From NCBI GenBank assembly GCA_036172245.1, contig JAYWIR010000002.1:7254001-7318000 (forward strand): a DNA stretch of 64,000 nucleotides, given 5' to 3'. The position numbers and the translations under genes were made by a program. The notes below the pieces were generated by a model. The model worked only from the letters and a program-made list of their open reading frames with translations. It was not told the origin of the DNA and did no database searches. Below, piece by piece: positions 48,800-61,299 of this stretch (positions are counted from its first letter, which is position 1; each line of letters starts with the position of its first letter). The DNA is from Raillietiella orientalis. Taxonomy: Eukaryota.

Positions 48800-50350
48800 C
48801 AAGGGAGGGATGACTCTTGGTGCACATACTGGTGGTATCTTTTCAAAAGAGAAAAGGGAAGGTGGTCTTTCTGGAAGGAGTTCTTCTTCCAAAAATAAAA
48901 GAAAGGGTGCAACAGTGTGAATCGGGTGGATGGGCTGAGGATAGTGGAGATGCATCCAGAGGAGATTTCTTGGAATGGAAGAACGATTTGCAGCTATCCC
49001 ACATACTGAGGAGCGTTACGCAAGCAGCACGTTCCTCCACCGCGAGGATTCGGCTCCTCGTAGAGGGTATTTATCAGCCGCGAAGCAATAAAAGCAAAAG
49101 ATCCCAGCAGCGTAACGACGCCGTCCGCATCCATAGAAGCCCTAATTTGAAAAGAGCAGATCTTTCATCCTAGCTGCGGCCCTTGGTCCGGAACACGAAA
49201 AATGAGATGCTTTGTGGAATGCCACAGATGGAGTGGACATGGAACAACAAGGCGAACAGTTCATTCCGCTTCGATACTCATTCTCGAGGTGCACACAGGC
49301 ATCGGTGTTTTCCGCGTTTGGATACTTGGGGCAGAGTGTTACCCAGCTTTCCGTGTGGACTGTTGGAACCCCCCCCCCCGCCTCATGATCAGCACCACCA
49401 TTTTTTGTGACGTTCCGCGGCCAAGTCAGATGAGCTGTCAGAGACGCCGATGAACGAGATCAGGTACAGAAATGGAATCTCACGAAGAAAATTCCGGACT
49501 TGCGTTCTTCGAGGTCTGTCTCGTTTGTGAGTCACTGCTGATAAGTAACCATGGAACGAGAATCTTGATGTGACTCAAATTCTTCATGGCACGCAACGAC
49601 CTCTTCCTCCTGCTTGCGTCATGAAGGTGGGAGGTGATTTCCTCTTTTCCATTTGCACATTTTTCCGGACTATGGGTCCTTCCTCGGTGTCAGGTTGTTC
49701 TTGAGCCAGGAGCTTTCACGAACCAAGACGAATTTCCTTTTAATAGAGAAGCTTCTTGGGAGCGGATTCTCCAGCTGCCCTTCTGCTCGGATCCTGCGGA
49801 AAGATGTTCTACCTCCCGAATGCTGGAGAATGGCGGCAGAGTCATCGAAACGAAACTGCCCGAGATCCCGAACGATACTACCGTTCTCAGATGGGGAATC
49901 AAAAGTTCTGGATCGTTCGAATTGCATGGAAAGAATATCTCACGAGGAAAAAAATATGAGGCAAGACGCGATGCTGCGAATCGTGATGCAGCGGCATCGC
50001 ATCTTGTTTATCACAAATTGGATGGCACGCATCGCGTGCGAGGGATGCAAATCAGAGAGCGCCTCGTAGAAGACGAGGTGCTCTCTGGATGTGAACCTGG
50101 AAGAAAGGGCAAACGAAAGGACAACCCTTGCCCGAATCCAAGGTGTGCAGGAGTGTCTGCCCAGCAGCACCCAGCTGGGCAAAAGGGGATGAGCACCCCC
50201 GGTTCGCTAGAATGGTCCTCATGTAGAGTCCCGGGTGCACATCCTGCTCCAGAAACCCCACCGATCTCAGCAAGGAGGCGAAGGAAGGGTCGGATAGGGT
50301 GCAGTCTGAGGTCACAGGGAGCTCTCCCGCCTGCCTGCAGTCAATTAAAC
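48800..50350 (+). mobile_element. Degraded APE-type non-LTR ORF2 5' region
   Basis: ORF 49183..49410 has WTWNNKANSSFRFD (TW...SR.D motif) followed by PPHDQH (SDH-like). Ends approximate. Confidence 0.5.
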
Positions 50351-50399
50351 CGTTCGTGTTTGCCGACCGGCTTCTCTTGATGTTGGGGAAGACTGCGGT

Positions 50400-51895
50400 T
50401 GGGTCCTTCTTGGCTGTGTTGTCCAGAAGGCGCGCTCAGGTGCTGGGGGGGGGAGGGAAACCCCGGCAGCAGGTATAAGGGATTTCATCTCCGCTCGGTC
50501 CAGCTGCAGGTGGGATAGTGAGAATTGTGAGAATCTGAACTGCCTCCGCCGGATGTTCCCATTGGCAATGAGGGCGTCTTTCCACCGCTTCCACCAACTT
50601 CTCTCTTCGAGCGATGATCCCGCCCTTCGCTTTCGACGCTGGCAGTTCTAGAGATCCGGGTCTTTCGGAAGCTGGTTGTCGAGGATTGTCCACTGCTCTT
50701 CCACGTGACCATCACATGCGTTCGGCTCTAAGGAAACATTCCAGGCGGGGTGTTTGGGATTGAGCTCGTTTCCAAGACGTCTCGCCCGAGCCTTTCCCGA
50801 GGTGTTCGCCTCTCCGTTCCGCGTCGGCCACCCACCCCAGTACTCCAGGGCTGCGCGTTGCAGGTGCACCTACCATGTAAGGAGTCGTTGCGTGACGTGG
50901 ACCCCTATTCCTCAGCATCGGAGCGAAAGATGGTTTTCGGGTGGTTCAGCACACACCGAAGGACCCTAAGCAAGGTCTTGGACTATTCAGTCGTTATCTG
51001 GGTTTCACGAAGATGGCACTCACCGATTGTCTTGGAGGACATCTGGAGAGGAACCTCCCGATATTTCCTCTCCCCTTCCATCGAGTAACTTCGGAGTTCC
51101 CTTACATTCAGGAGGAAGGGGTCGCCACTCCAGTTTGAATGTTCGAAGATGGAGGCGAGAGCCGCAGCACCAGCAGCTGCAGGGACGGCGGACTCCCCGC
51201 GTTGGTGGCCACGTGGCTGCGGTTCCTCTTCGCGCACGGTATCGCAGCGTCACGGGTTCGAATCCCGCTCGGGGGGAAGGGTCGACGACGAGAAGTGGGA
51301 AATGGGGACTGAGTCGTGAGTTTCAAGCTCCCCACAGGACGATGCTGGCTGACCTGCGGGCTTCCAGTGTTGCACTGGTGAGAACCAAGTGCCCCCGTTG
51401 ACTGACCTCCGGGATTAAAAGTCGATTCCCTGGGATCCTTCCAGGAACTAAGGAATCGGTTGCTTCCGTGGTCGCTTTCTGGCTGTGGAGGTGGAGCCAT
51501 TACCATGGGACTGGTTGATACTCCCCGTCGGGGGGTCGCCTCTCCAGAGTGTGGAGAAGGGCGCTGTTTCCTTCGAGGAAGGGCCCTTCGGAGGAAATGG
51601 AGAGCGTCCCTTCGGGTTCTCTTCAGAGGAGGAGGAAACGAAGAGCGTCCCTTGCGGGCGCCCTCTGGAAAAGAAATTCCAGGAGCGTACCCCTTCCGGG
51701 TTTCTTTCGGAGAACAAACGATCCTTTTCACTTACTCCTCCCAGGAGAGAACAAGGGAGAGGTGGTTCCTTTCGGAGTTCCTTCCGGAGAAAACCAGGGC
51801 GGGTGTTTCCTTCGAGGTTCCCTCCCAAGCGTAAGAGCAACGGACTCCTTCCTCCGGAACCCTTCCTGGATTCAGGGGATGGTCCCTCCAGGGCT
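50400..51895 (-). mobile_element. Degraded APE endonuclease region and linker
   Basis: ORF 51108..51731 has FLSSWKDPRESTF and VSQHRPV (SDH). Nucleotide homology to 55735-56850 in the opposite orientation. Confidence 0.6.
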
Positions 51896-51999
51896 ACCCC
51901 TCACTCGAAGAGTCAGCATGCACCCCCGGGTGGTGTGTTGGACAGTGTTGAAGAACTTCATGGGCCCTTCCTCAAGGAGGCGAGCGGTTCTTCAGTGCT

Positions 52000-53000
52000 C
52001 CCTGAGAGCCAAAAAAAAAAAAATCCTGAAAAAAAAAAGAAAAAAAAGCTGAAAGAAGGCAGAGAAACGGTACCCAAGGGGATCCCATCATCCTGGGCCA
52101 AACGCGACTACCTCCCCTTCCCACGCTGCCGGCCTTTCAAAAAAAAAAGGAAAATGGCAGGCAACCCTACGTGTTTCGGAAGCGCCGCGTGGAGGATGAT
52201 GAAAAAGATCTGCGTCCCTTGGGACCACAGTATTAATGAAAATAATACTGAGTTATAGCAAGGATCATTTGGGAATGGAATAGCTCAGGAATGATTTCTT
52301 ATCGGTTGGTAATTTAAAATAGAAATTGTGGTTCTAAGTATGGTCGTTTTGGGGTGATGTATTGGGGCTTTGTCAATAAGTACTGGGTGATTAGTGCTGA
52401 AAAAGTTCTTAAAACAATGGAGGGGATCGGGGGTGAATAACTGATATTTGCGAGGAGCTATATTAACGAGAGTAACTGAGAGATCACAGTAGCCGTTCGG
52501 AGCTTGACTGCCAGAGGCCGTAGCGGCGTCCACACCAGCATGGCAAGCCTGTAGCCCACACGCACACAGCCGCAGATCGCGCAGCATAGACTCCGACCTC
52601 ATCTTCGAGTGGTCCACTCATCGGAGGTTGCCAGAACGGGCGCTGTGCGTGGCATCCGTGGGGAGCCGCAACGCCAGTGCAGCTCACCCTAGACGAGCAA
52701 GGCACTCGCCGCTTCCTCAGCGGGAGTCTCCTAGACTTCCTGGAGGAGAGCGAGGAGCTTCCTGATTTAGAGCGCAACAGTTGCACGCGCCCAGGAGATC
52801 CAGAGGGACTCCCTAACAACTGCTGAGCCGACGCAAGAAGGTGCCACCAGAAGGGGAAAGCAGCAGCCTTGGCAGTCTCGTCCTTCGACTGCTCCGATCA
52901 CGAGGTTCTGCCGAAGCTTCTGGAACTACTCAGTGTCTCTCTGCCCCGTTTGTTGGGCCACCTGCTCTCGACATGAAGCAGCGCGTGCATTAACACGGGG
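52000..53000 (-). mobile_element. Decayed non-LTR ORF2 C-terminus and T-rich 3'UTR
   Basis: YGLWQSSSERLL (LW..R-like) followed on the minus strand by T-rich tracts at 52010-52155. Confidence 0.3.
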
Positions 53001-53899
53001 CTGGGAGACGGCTCGAGTCCCACGCTTTTCAGTACCCATTTTTTGAGCTTGGGACGCTGGGTGCTCAGATGGTGGCTCCTTCATCAATTGTCAGCAACTG
53101 CAGGAGTGCATTTGATGGTTCCCTCCAATGAAATCGGCTCAATGAGTTCGTGTTAGAGTGTGCATTGGTGCCGCGGCAGTGGTGCATGAATGCGTGATGG
53201 TAAGGGGGGGGGGGCTGATGTCAAAGAGATCATTGCGTTAGGCATACCATTCGTTGGATTGGGGTTCGTTATAGGGGTACCTGTTATCATTTATTGATTC
53301 GTGCTGTGTTCCAGTGGTCGGTTTTCCTTTGTGTGTGCAAAGCAGCTCATGCATGCATGGGAGCCACGAGGTATGGGAGGAACGAGGGTGGTCAGTGTTC
53401 TTTTAAGAATGGCTTATAACTTTAGGGTAATAAAGAGGTTTCGTGGGGTCTTCTTTATTTAATGGAGTGGATGTGATACTTGGCGCGGGGCTGCCGATGA
53501 TCAGGGTACCCACCGGTGTAGAGGGCCACCACCCCGAACGTCTTCCTTTCCGAGAGGGAAGAAGAGTCGTCCGGGCGCATTCGGGAGGACAAAGACCGAG
53601 GCTGCCTCTCAGGTCCATACCTAGGTTGAGGGAGCCTCGGCAGTCGGATCCTGGAAGCAGGGAAGATCTCCCGTGGCCGGAGGGGGGCGGATGGGGTGAT
53701 TCTTCTGCCGCTCAGACGAGGGAGTGCCCGATAGTGTCGTCAGCACGCGACACACTAGGGATGAGACGGACCTTACCGTTCGCGGGGAGGGGGAAGGGGG
53801 CACGAGATCCAGCTGTTTTCATCCTGGTGAGTGTGGTCACTTGCAGTCCGCAGTGTAAGAGGCTGTGTTAACGGCGGCGCGCAAGGAAGGACGCGAGTC

Positions 53900-55400
53900 C
53901 TGAGCTGCCGGCGGCTTGCTGGACGAGGAGGCGCGCACAGGGTCACACCAGGTGGCGCTGTACATGATCGCTACGAGGGCAGGCGTCCGGAACTGGAGCT
54001 GCTGCGGCTCCATCCGCTCCAGTGTGGAGGCCGAATCTGCCGTCCTGGAGTCGAGCGCGTAAGTCCTTCAGTCGAGGACTCGGGACCTACCCTTGCCAAA
54101 GGGGCGATCCTGGGGAGGTCCTTCGTCCGCTTCCTGATGTATCCAGGAGGAGAAGATGGAGGGGGGGGTGAAAGCCAAACAAAATAGAAGGGAGTGAAGG
54201 AGGGCGGCCACAAAATTGTTCCTTGGAACGGGACGAGAGCCTGCCCCTCCTCCTGGAGGCAACTGGGCCAGGTCGAACTTGCTGATCCGCTCGAGGAGGC
54301 AGGACCGACTGACTTCCTGAACTCCCCGAGAAGGATTTCCGGGGCGAACCGGCCATGCAGGAGTTGCAGGGACATCGACACGCCTTGTCCCTGCCCCGCT
54401 CTCGGCATGACCGCCGCATTCCTCCCTCCATATCCGGGTCAAACCAGAGCGACTTGTCGTGGCAATGGCTGGATGAGTTCGTTCCCTGGATCGCTTTGCC
54501 GCATCCCTGCGCTGCACAGGAACAGCGCGGAGAGGAACAGAACGAAGAGGACGGAAGCGGGTTCCTTCTCTAAGGTGAGGATTGTTGGAGCGTTGGGCTG
54601 GAGGGGTCGAAGAGCAGCTGACGGAAAGGATACTGGTGACCCGCGCCTCCAGCTACTTCCTCACCACCGGAAGGGATTTTACAAGTTCATCATCCACTCC
54701 AGTGGATCTTCTTGGTTAAATCTTCTTCCCATAAGATGAGTGGCTGGAGGAAGAAAGAGAGGTTGCGATGCAAGGAGAGGGACGCTGCCTCACATCGTGG
54801 ATCGTTGCGAGAGGCGCCTCTGTCCTATTCTTGCGCTACGTGTTGCGCGATTCCGGAAAGAATGAAGAACGATCCGGGAAGGTGGATGGAGCGAAGTGGA
54901 CTTTGATCTCCACGAATCAGTAGGAAGTACTTCTCACGACCCGACCTCGATGCTGGACAAGGGCAACCGCATGGTTGTGCTGGGACGCCTGCTGCCCGTT
55001 CGAGGATAAGGAGGAGGCGTTCAGCACAGCCAGAGTGATCGGAAGACACCAGGAAGTGGCCAGCCAGTTGACCAAGGGACGCTGCAAGGAGGAACTCTGT
55101 CTTCCTCGTCGGTCCACTCGGAAACTGGGATCCAGGAAACGACGCCGTGCTTCATGGTCTCGAAACTCCTAGCGAGCACCCGGAGAAGACGAGGCACCTC
55201 GCGGTGCCCCTCCCCTCCGTGCATCCGAAACACAAGAGACGTCCACTGGGCCCCTATTCTGGGAACGCCTTCGGAAAAAGCGGAAGCCACTCTGCGCACT
55301 GAAGAGTCAGGGAGCCGCTCCCGGAAGAGGCAGTCGGAGAACGGGGAGCGGATGGTATGCTGGGATGAAAGCAGCGAACGCACCACCAGATGGACGAAGA
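53900..55400 (-). mobile_element. Degraded non-LTR reverse transcriptase
   Basis: STGWPLPGVFRSLW (SPG.DG...FY..FW-like, ~55030-55072) and GMRQSDPG (GVRQGDP-like, 54484-54507). Confidence 0.6.
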
Positions 55401-55734
55401 AGAAAATGCCGAGGAGATTAGGAAGAGCTCCCCCATAATACTAGGGTCTTAAACAAAATGAAAGTGGTAGCTGGTGGAGAGGACGCCGAAACGTCCCCTC
55501 TGCCGGGCCGAAACCGGCAGCTCCCTCCTCATGGACCGCTCTGTCCGCTATCGAAGCCTGGAGCAGGGGGAACGACCGCAGGTATCGCTGAATCTGGCAG
55601 TCGGCGGTGCTCCCCCAGCTGGGAAAGACATGGGAAGGTCAGATCATTCTTCCTTGGTCCGAAGTGGAAGCCAAGAATTCCTCCGAGTTAAGAGGATGAT
55701 CGCTGCAACCGAGAAAACGGGGTCAAGTTAGGAG

Positions 55735-57100
55735 GTGCCCCGGGAGTGGACCACCCTATGAATCCAGGAAGGGCTCCGGAGGAAGGAGTCTGTTCCTTTC
55801 ACGCTCGGGATGGAACCTCGAAGGGGAACGCTCTCCCCGGCTGTCTCCTGAGGGAACCTCTTTCTTTTTCTCCACGGAAGGACGCCACGGATGGCCATTA
55901 CTTCTACAAAGGGAACCCGCAAGGGAACAGCTCCCCATTTCCTCTTCCTCTAAAGAAAACTCCGAAGGGAGCAGCACGCTCCTGGTACACTCTAAAGAGG
56001 CGACCCTCTGGAGGAAGAGGGTATCGACCAGCTCCATGGTGACGGCTCCATCTTCACAACCTAAAGAGCCTCCTCTTTGACTCCTGGAAGGAACCCGGAG
56101 GGTCGACTTCCAATCTCAGAGGGCAGTCAATTGAGATTTCCGGATTCCACTAGTGCTGCGACCCTGGAACCCCCGGAGGCAATGTCAGCGACGTTGTGAA
56201 ACGCCTCTTCATGCGCGACGCCCTCACATCGGCCGCATCCCCAGCAGCACTGTGCTGCCCACGCGGCGGGACCGTGGCTGCATGGAGCAACAACGCCAGA
56301 AGAGACCAGGACGACAGGGACGCCATCCACTTTGCGGTCCTCTTTTTGAGGATGGTGTCAAGATGGTCCCATCTGGGAGTCTTGAAACAGGAACCTGCTG
56401 GAATCCTTACAAGGATGCATAGAACACCCTCCAGCTCATAGTGATCCCTTCCCGACCCTCCCTCCCTCCCTATTTTTTGGCTGTATGCTTTTTGTTTGAT
56501 TTTTTTTTCTCATTGTTTGTCTCCCCTTCCCCTGTGCTGTCGAGACGAATCCTCTGGCCTGCGTGCGCGTGCCGGCTCCCGGAAGGTTCCTTCTCGTGGT
56601 TATAAGTAACGTAGTAGATCAAACGTCCTGCCACAGACGTGCATGTTTATTTTTTTATAAATAAACTCCCCGGCGTGACCGGGTATCAACCAGTGCCGCG
56701 CCCGGAGCCAACCGAAACCAGCCAGCGCCATCCTGCGGAGAGAACTGTAAACGAAACTCACAACGCACCCCCACCCTACACCCCATCGCTCTCGGCGACG
56801 GTACGCTTCCCCCCGGGTGGGATTTGAACCCACCACACCTGGCGCCCACGCGGGCGAGGTTGGGTGGCTTTTTGCCCTGGCCAGGGAGAGACCGGGAAGA
56901 AATCCTGCAGAGGTCCGCAGCGACCTTGACGTGCAGGCTGACCTCGAGAGAGCCTGGAACACGGGAGGAAGACGAAAGGAGCCACCTGGTGGCCAACGGC
57001 CGGCTGCCCAGAAAGTTCGCTCGCCTCGGGATGGCTGGCCCTTGCCCAAGCGGGAGCGGAAAGGGAGTGAGGGGGGGCATCCAATAAAACGAGCGACCAG
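55735..57100 (+). mobile_element. Degraded APE region interrupted by a nested insertion
   Basis: Homologous to 51230-51895 (reverse). DSWKEPGGST, TSQRHP (SDH-like) and CCC GGG TGG GAT TTG AAC = PGWDLN (PG.WKLN motif) at 56812-56829. Confidence 0.6.
56195..56685 (+). mobile_element. Nested 5'-truncated insertion (ORF2 tail, 3'UTR, terminal hairpin)
   Basis: VKRLFMR resembles LRRLFAR of the 62.5-kb copy. T-rich UTR; ends AATAAActccccggcgtgaccgggta. Host sequence is duplicated at 56146-56194 and 56686-56731. Confidence 0.7.
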
Positions 57101-57199
57101 GGGCCCCACGGTGCAGACGTGACCTCGATGGGTTCTCGATCTTTTGCCACAGCAGCGCTCCTGGCGGGTCCATTTCGCTGCGTGGACCGAGCGTTGTCG

Positions 57200-58300
57200 A
57201 CTTGCTGCGTGACGCGATGCCCGCCGGATGCCGCCGCCTTGCCGGTTGCTAAGGGACAGCGGAGACGTCAGCAGTCGCGGGGATCCTCTGCAGGTTGAGC
57301 AACGGCCCGCCCGCCGAATACAACCGGTTCTGGAGAGATCGCGTGGTAACACGCGATCCCTGGGGACAGGAACGGGTCGCTGTAGCCTTCTGGCGTCCCG
57401 GTGAGCTGAGGGAGAAGCGGGGGAGGGGGGGTACAAGGGGAAGCTGCAGTCGTGTGCGCGCGGAAGACGCACAGGGGCGCTTGGAGTCGTCGTCTCCGAG
57501 AGATGAGGTCGAAATTTTCACGGGAACGGACGTCGAACGGCAGATCCGGGTTGGTTGCGGCTCACCCGCCCCGCCTCCGGGAAGGTAAAGCCAGAAGGCG
57601 GTGCGGGAGGGGAGGGGGGACAAGGGCGGATGCTGGACCGCCTGGAGAGCCGGTTCTGGGAAAACCATCCCGCCCGGATGCATGCGGAAGGGAGAAGATG
57701 GGGGGAGGAGAGAGGCTCGCGTCCCTCCCCCATCACGCGCTGGGGTTCCCAGGCGACGGGGCGGGCCGCGGCACCCGACGCTTTCTTCCCAGGCATCTCC
57801 CGCAGGCGTCTCTGCATTTGGAGGAGGCGGGTGAGAACGCGCGGCGCTTGCGCAACACGTGTTTACGGGTCATCTCTTCCGTTTATCAGACCCCTTGTCG
57901 TCAGGGGGCGGAGACGCCTCCGGGCGCGCCCGTAAGGGCCCCCGCGTCATGGCCTCCCAACGATGAATGCAGAGCACGCACGTGTCACCTCGGGGAATTT
58001 TCCGACCTGCAGGTGCCTTGCAACAGCAGCAGCAGCCCTTCGCAGCGCGCGCGCGCGGCCCCCTCCTTGGAAATTCGCTTGCGGGATCGGAGAGGCGTCG
58101 CAGAGAGTCACGAAAAGGGGGTTGCCTCGCGGAGTCTTAGTCACTGCTGCTCCGGGCTCGCCGCCGCAGGAGGATCGATGCCGCGCGCGCTTTCCCGGGG
58201 CTCGCCGGAAGTTTCCCGACAGCAGCACCCCGATTGGAGACGTTCCGTTCCCCACCCCTTCCACCGTCATCCCTGAAGGAAAGAGGGGAAGGGAGGACCT
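57200..58300 (-). mobile_element. Probable decayed ORF1 (gag-like) of a non-LTR element
   Basis: Only weak resemblance (RLYSAGGP, like R.FY.GQP). Same composition as neighbouring remnants. Confidence 0.25.
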
Positions 58301-60262
58301 CCGCCCCTTTCTCCCGTAAAGGCGGGCGCAGAACCGGGAGAGGAGCCGGCAGGAGCTGTCTCCCTCCCTCCCTCCCTGCTAAACAGAGGGCGTCTCCGGA
58401 CGAAGGAGCGCGCAGGGACGCCCAAATTCGCGTCCTCTGCCTGCCCGCCGAGGTCTTTTCTCCTCGCGAAAGGTCGACCGCCTGGCGTGGACCCCCCATG
58501 CGCAGGCACATCGTTCGCCCTCGTTCCACCGGGAAAATCCTTCTTCCCGGAATTCGAGGGACGTGCTTGTAGGGCTTCCGGTTACCCCTCCCTCTCAGGA
58601 AGCGGAGAGGCCGAACCGGGAAGAGGCCGGGAAGATTTCGTCTTCTGCGAGAGGCGGCTCCCCTTCCCGGCGAGTACTGCCGGGAGCCCTTCGACGAGCC
58701 GTCCGAGTCGCGGGTTCGATAGCGGGCTCGCTCTGGGGCCTGGGCCGCTCCCTACCCCTTCGCCTCGCAAGGGCTGCGCCCTCGCGTGCGATAGAATTGC
58801 AAGGAGGGGCGCTCCTCGGCTCTCACGCGCATGCTCATACGGGAAGCAGAGAGGGAGAGTGGGGGGGATTTGGGTCCCACTGGCTACCACGTGGGACCCT
58901 CATCCCCCCTCAGGGGAATGCTCACCACCTATGCTTGGCTTCCCTCCCCACGCGGCGGAGAAGCCAAGTCCGCACTGACGTCACTGCCTGGACCCGTTCT
59001 CGCGCTCCGGGGATGCCGCTTGGTCCAGAAGGAAAGCTGGTCCACGGGGGCGCGCCAGCCGACTTCCGCAGGGGCTGCATCCACACTCCTTCCGGTGCTC
59101 GGCGCCCCTTCGATGGGGACGAGAACCTTCCACCAGATGCACTGGCTGGGGATCGTTCTTGCAGCCAAGGTCCTCCATGCGTTTGACGGAGCCCCTCTCC
59201 TGAGCTTCGCAGGAGTCTTTTGCTTCCCCAGAGGGCATTGGGAGAGAGGAGGGACGTGGTTCCTCGTTTCTCCATGAGTCCCGCAGAAGCTGTCATGGAA
59301 ATCGGAACGATCAGGGGAACGAGCTGCCCCTTCCTGACCGCGCGCTCTGTAACTTCTCATCCGTCCAATGGAGATTTTTCCTCCCTCTGACAAGTAGATG
59401 TTGGTCCGGAATCGAAGAAGAGCAACAACGGTCCGCTGCTGGGCTAAAAATAGATTGAGAAGGGCGGAGGAGGAGCGAATTAACGTTTCTGCGGAGTCGA
59501 TCTCTGAAGAATGGGGGGGGGGAGGTGGGGAGGAGACCCCTTAACGGGTTATTTCAACTTGGACTCCGCATTTCGGGCATCTGACTGCTTGACCGGTCCC
59601 ACCTTCCTGTTCCCGAAATGTGGAGCCGGTCAAGCAGGCAGACCCTTTGATTTCTCTCCATTCCATCTATTCGCCGGGATGTCTTCTTGATGCTCCATGC
59701 TCTAGGAAACTGCTTGGCGGACCACTCTGCCTGTGACCCCTTCCGATTCGATGGAATTCAACTTCATGCGGTCTTCCTGCTCTTGCAGAAGATTCTCGCA
59801 CGTTGTTTGCATTTCTGTGCTGTTGGTGTGCGAAGGTGAGTTTGAGGCTGCTTCTTCTTCTGTGGGAGGAGGAACTCCAAGGTCCCTCCAGGTGCTGCAG
59901 TCATCCCTCGCGTGCACCTGCGCTTCCCAAACTGACCCATGCCCCCTGGCTAGATAGGATCCGCCGCCCCAGCACTGGCGTGCCCCCTCAAGCAGAGTGG
60001 GGTGCACGCGTCCGTGGCATCCTCTTATCAGACGCTGCTTTGGTCTCCATCTGGGGTAGCGTGAAGTCCCTCGGGAGTGCGACGCTGCCTGCGAGATGGG
60101 GGACTCTTCGTTGTTTGGCTTGCAGCAAGACGGGAACTCTGCCACCACGTCGGCTCGCCGCCTTGTCTCCAGTGAGCAGCAAAAGAATTGCAGCAAGAAA
60201 GGAAAAAAAAGAAAAAAAAATACGCGAAGGTCTCCCGCTTCATCCTTGCTCAGGGGCCATGT

Positions 60263-60294
<32 letters not shown>

Positions 60295-60499
60295 GTGTAC
60301 AGCAGAAGCGTGTACATATACTAAATTGAATAAATCCGTGTCGAGAAGAAAATCCCGGGTCCGTTCACATGGCCAGGGTGCAAGAATCTTTGGAAATTGG
60401 CGGCAAGAATCCAGAATGCCTGCAAGGCAAAGGGGCGACAAGAAATCAGGTTTGATAGGTTCCCGAACCATGGGAATCCCCAAAGTCGAAATATCATAA

Positions 60500-60860
60500 C
60501 ACATGTTTATTATACATATTAAGGTATATGTTCGTATCTATACTGAAATACATTATAAATATCGTATATGTGCGTGTTTATTATATATTAATATAATTGA
60601 TAATATGTTTATTATGTATATTAATATGTGTTTTTGTATATGGATTAATCTGCACACCAATACATACTATAAAGATTATTATAAACAAGTGAATGTTTTA
60701 TTTATGTACGTTAACAAATTTTGATAAACATGTATATTAATATACATATTTATATGGAGATGAATATACAGATCGATTTTGACACAGATGTTTATTAAAA
60801 TTTCTTAACTTATTATCATATTAACAACATTTATGAATATATTATTAACAGGTATATATC
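60500..60860. repeat. AT-rich low-complexity tract
   Basis: Degenerate TA/TATG/TTTA repeats inside GC-rich surroundings. Confidence 0.75.
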
Positions 60861-61299
60861 GAAGATTTGGATGGGCATCGGACACGATCGCCATGCAAAG
60901 CGTTTCTTCTACATGCCTTCCTACCCCTTCTGCACTGTCTCCTTCACCTGACTTTCTTTCCCGTGTGCACAGAAACGGCATCTTTACGTTGAGCAGAAGG
61001 GGTTCAGTTTTGCCGCCCTCGGCCAAAATGTCTGCACCTCTGCTATTTCTGCATATCTAAATTTCTGTATACCTAGGGAGCCAGAACTGGGCGTGCTCTG
61101 TCAGAATAGAAGGACGCAAGTCACGAGCATCGGTGCATTCATCATGTGCAACGCCAGCGAGTCCCTCCCTCCAACGCTCTCCCGAGTCGTCGTGAAAACT
61201 CCCGGCCAGCTCGAACAGCACCCCGTTTCTCCAGACTTTTCAGGAATCTTGCTGGATCCGCCATAGGTGGATTGCGAGAAACTTTTCAAGCTGAGACTC

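Noticed and set aside
51230..51390. tRNA-derived SINE suggested by B-box GGTTCGAATCC (and GGTTCAAATCC at ~56820 on the minus strand)
   Set aside because: The opposite strand encodes the APE-following PG.W.LN motif (TGG GAT TTG AAC) right after the SDH-like motif. There is no A-box or cloverleaf, so the B-box match is coincidental.
53936..53965. Sixth copy of the terminal hairpin motif (minus strand)
   Set aside because: Partial match only, broken stem and no T-rich UTR upstream.
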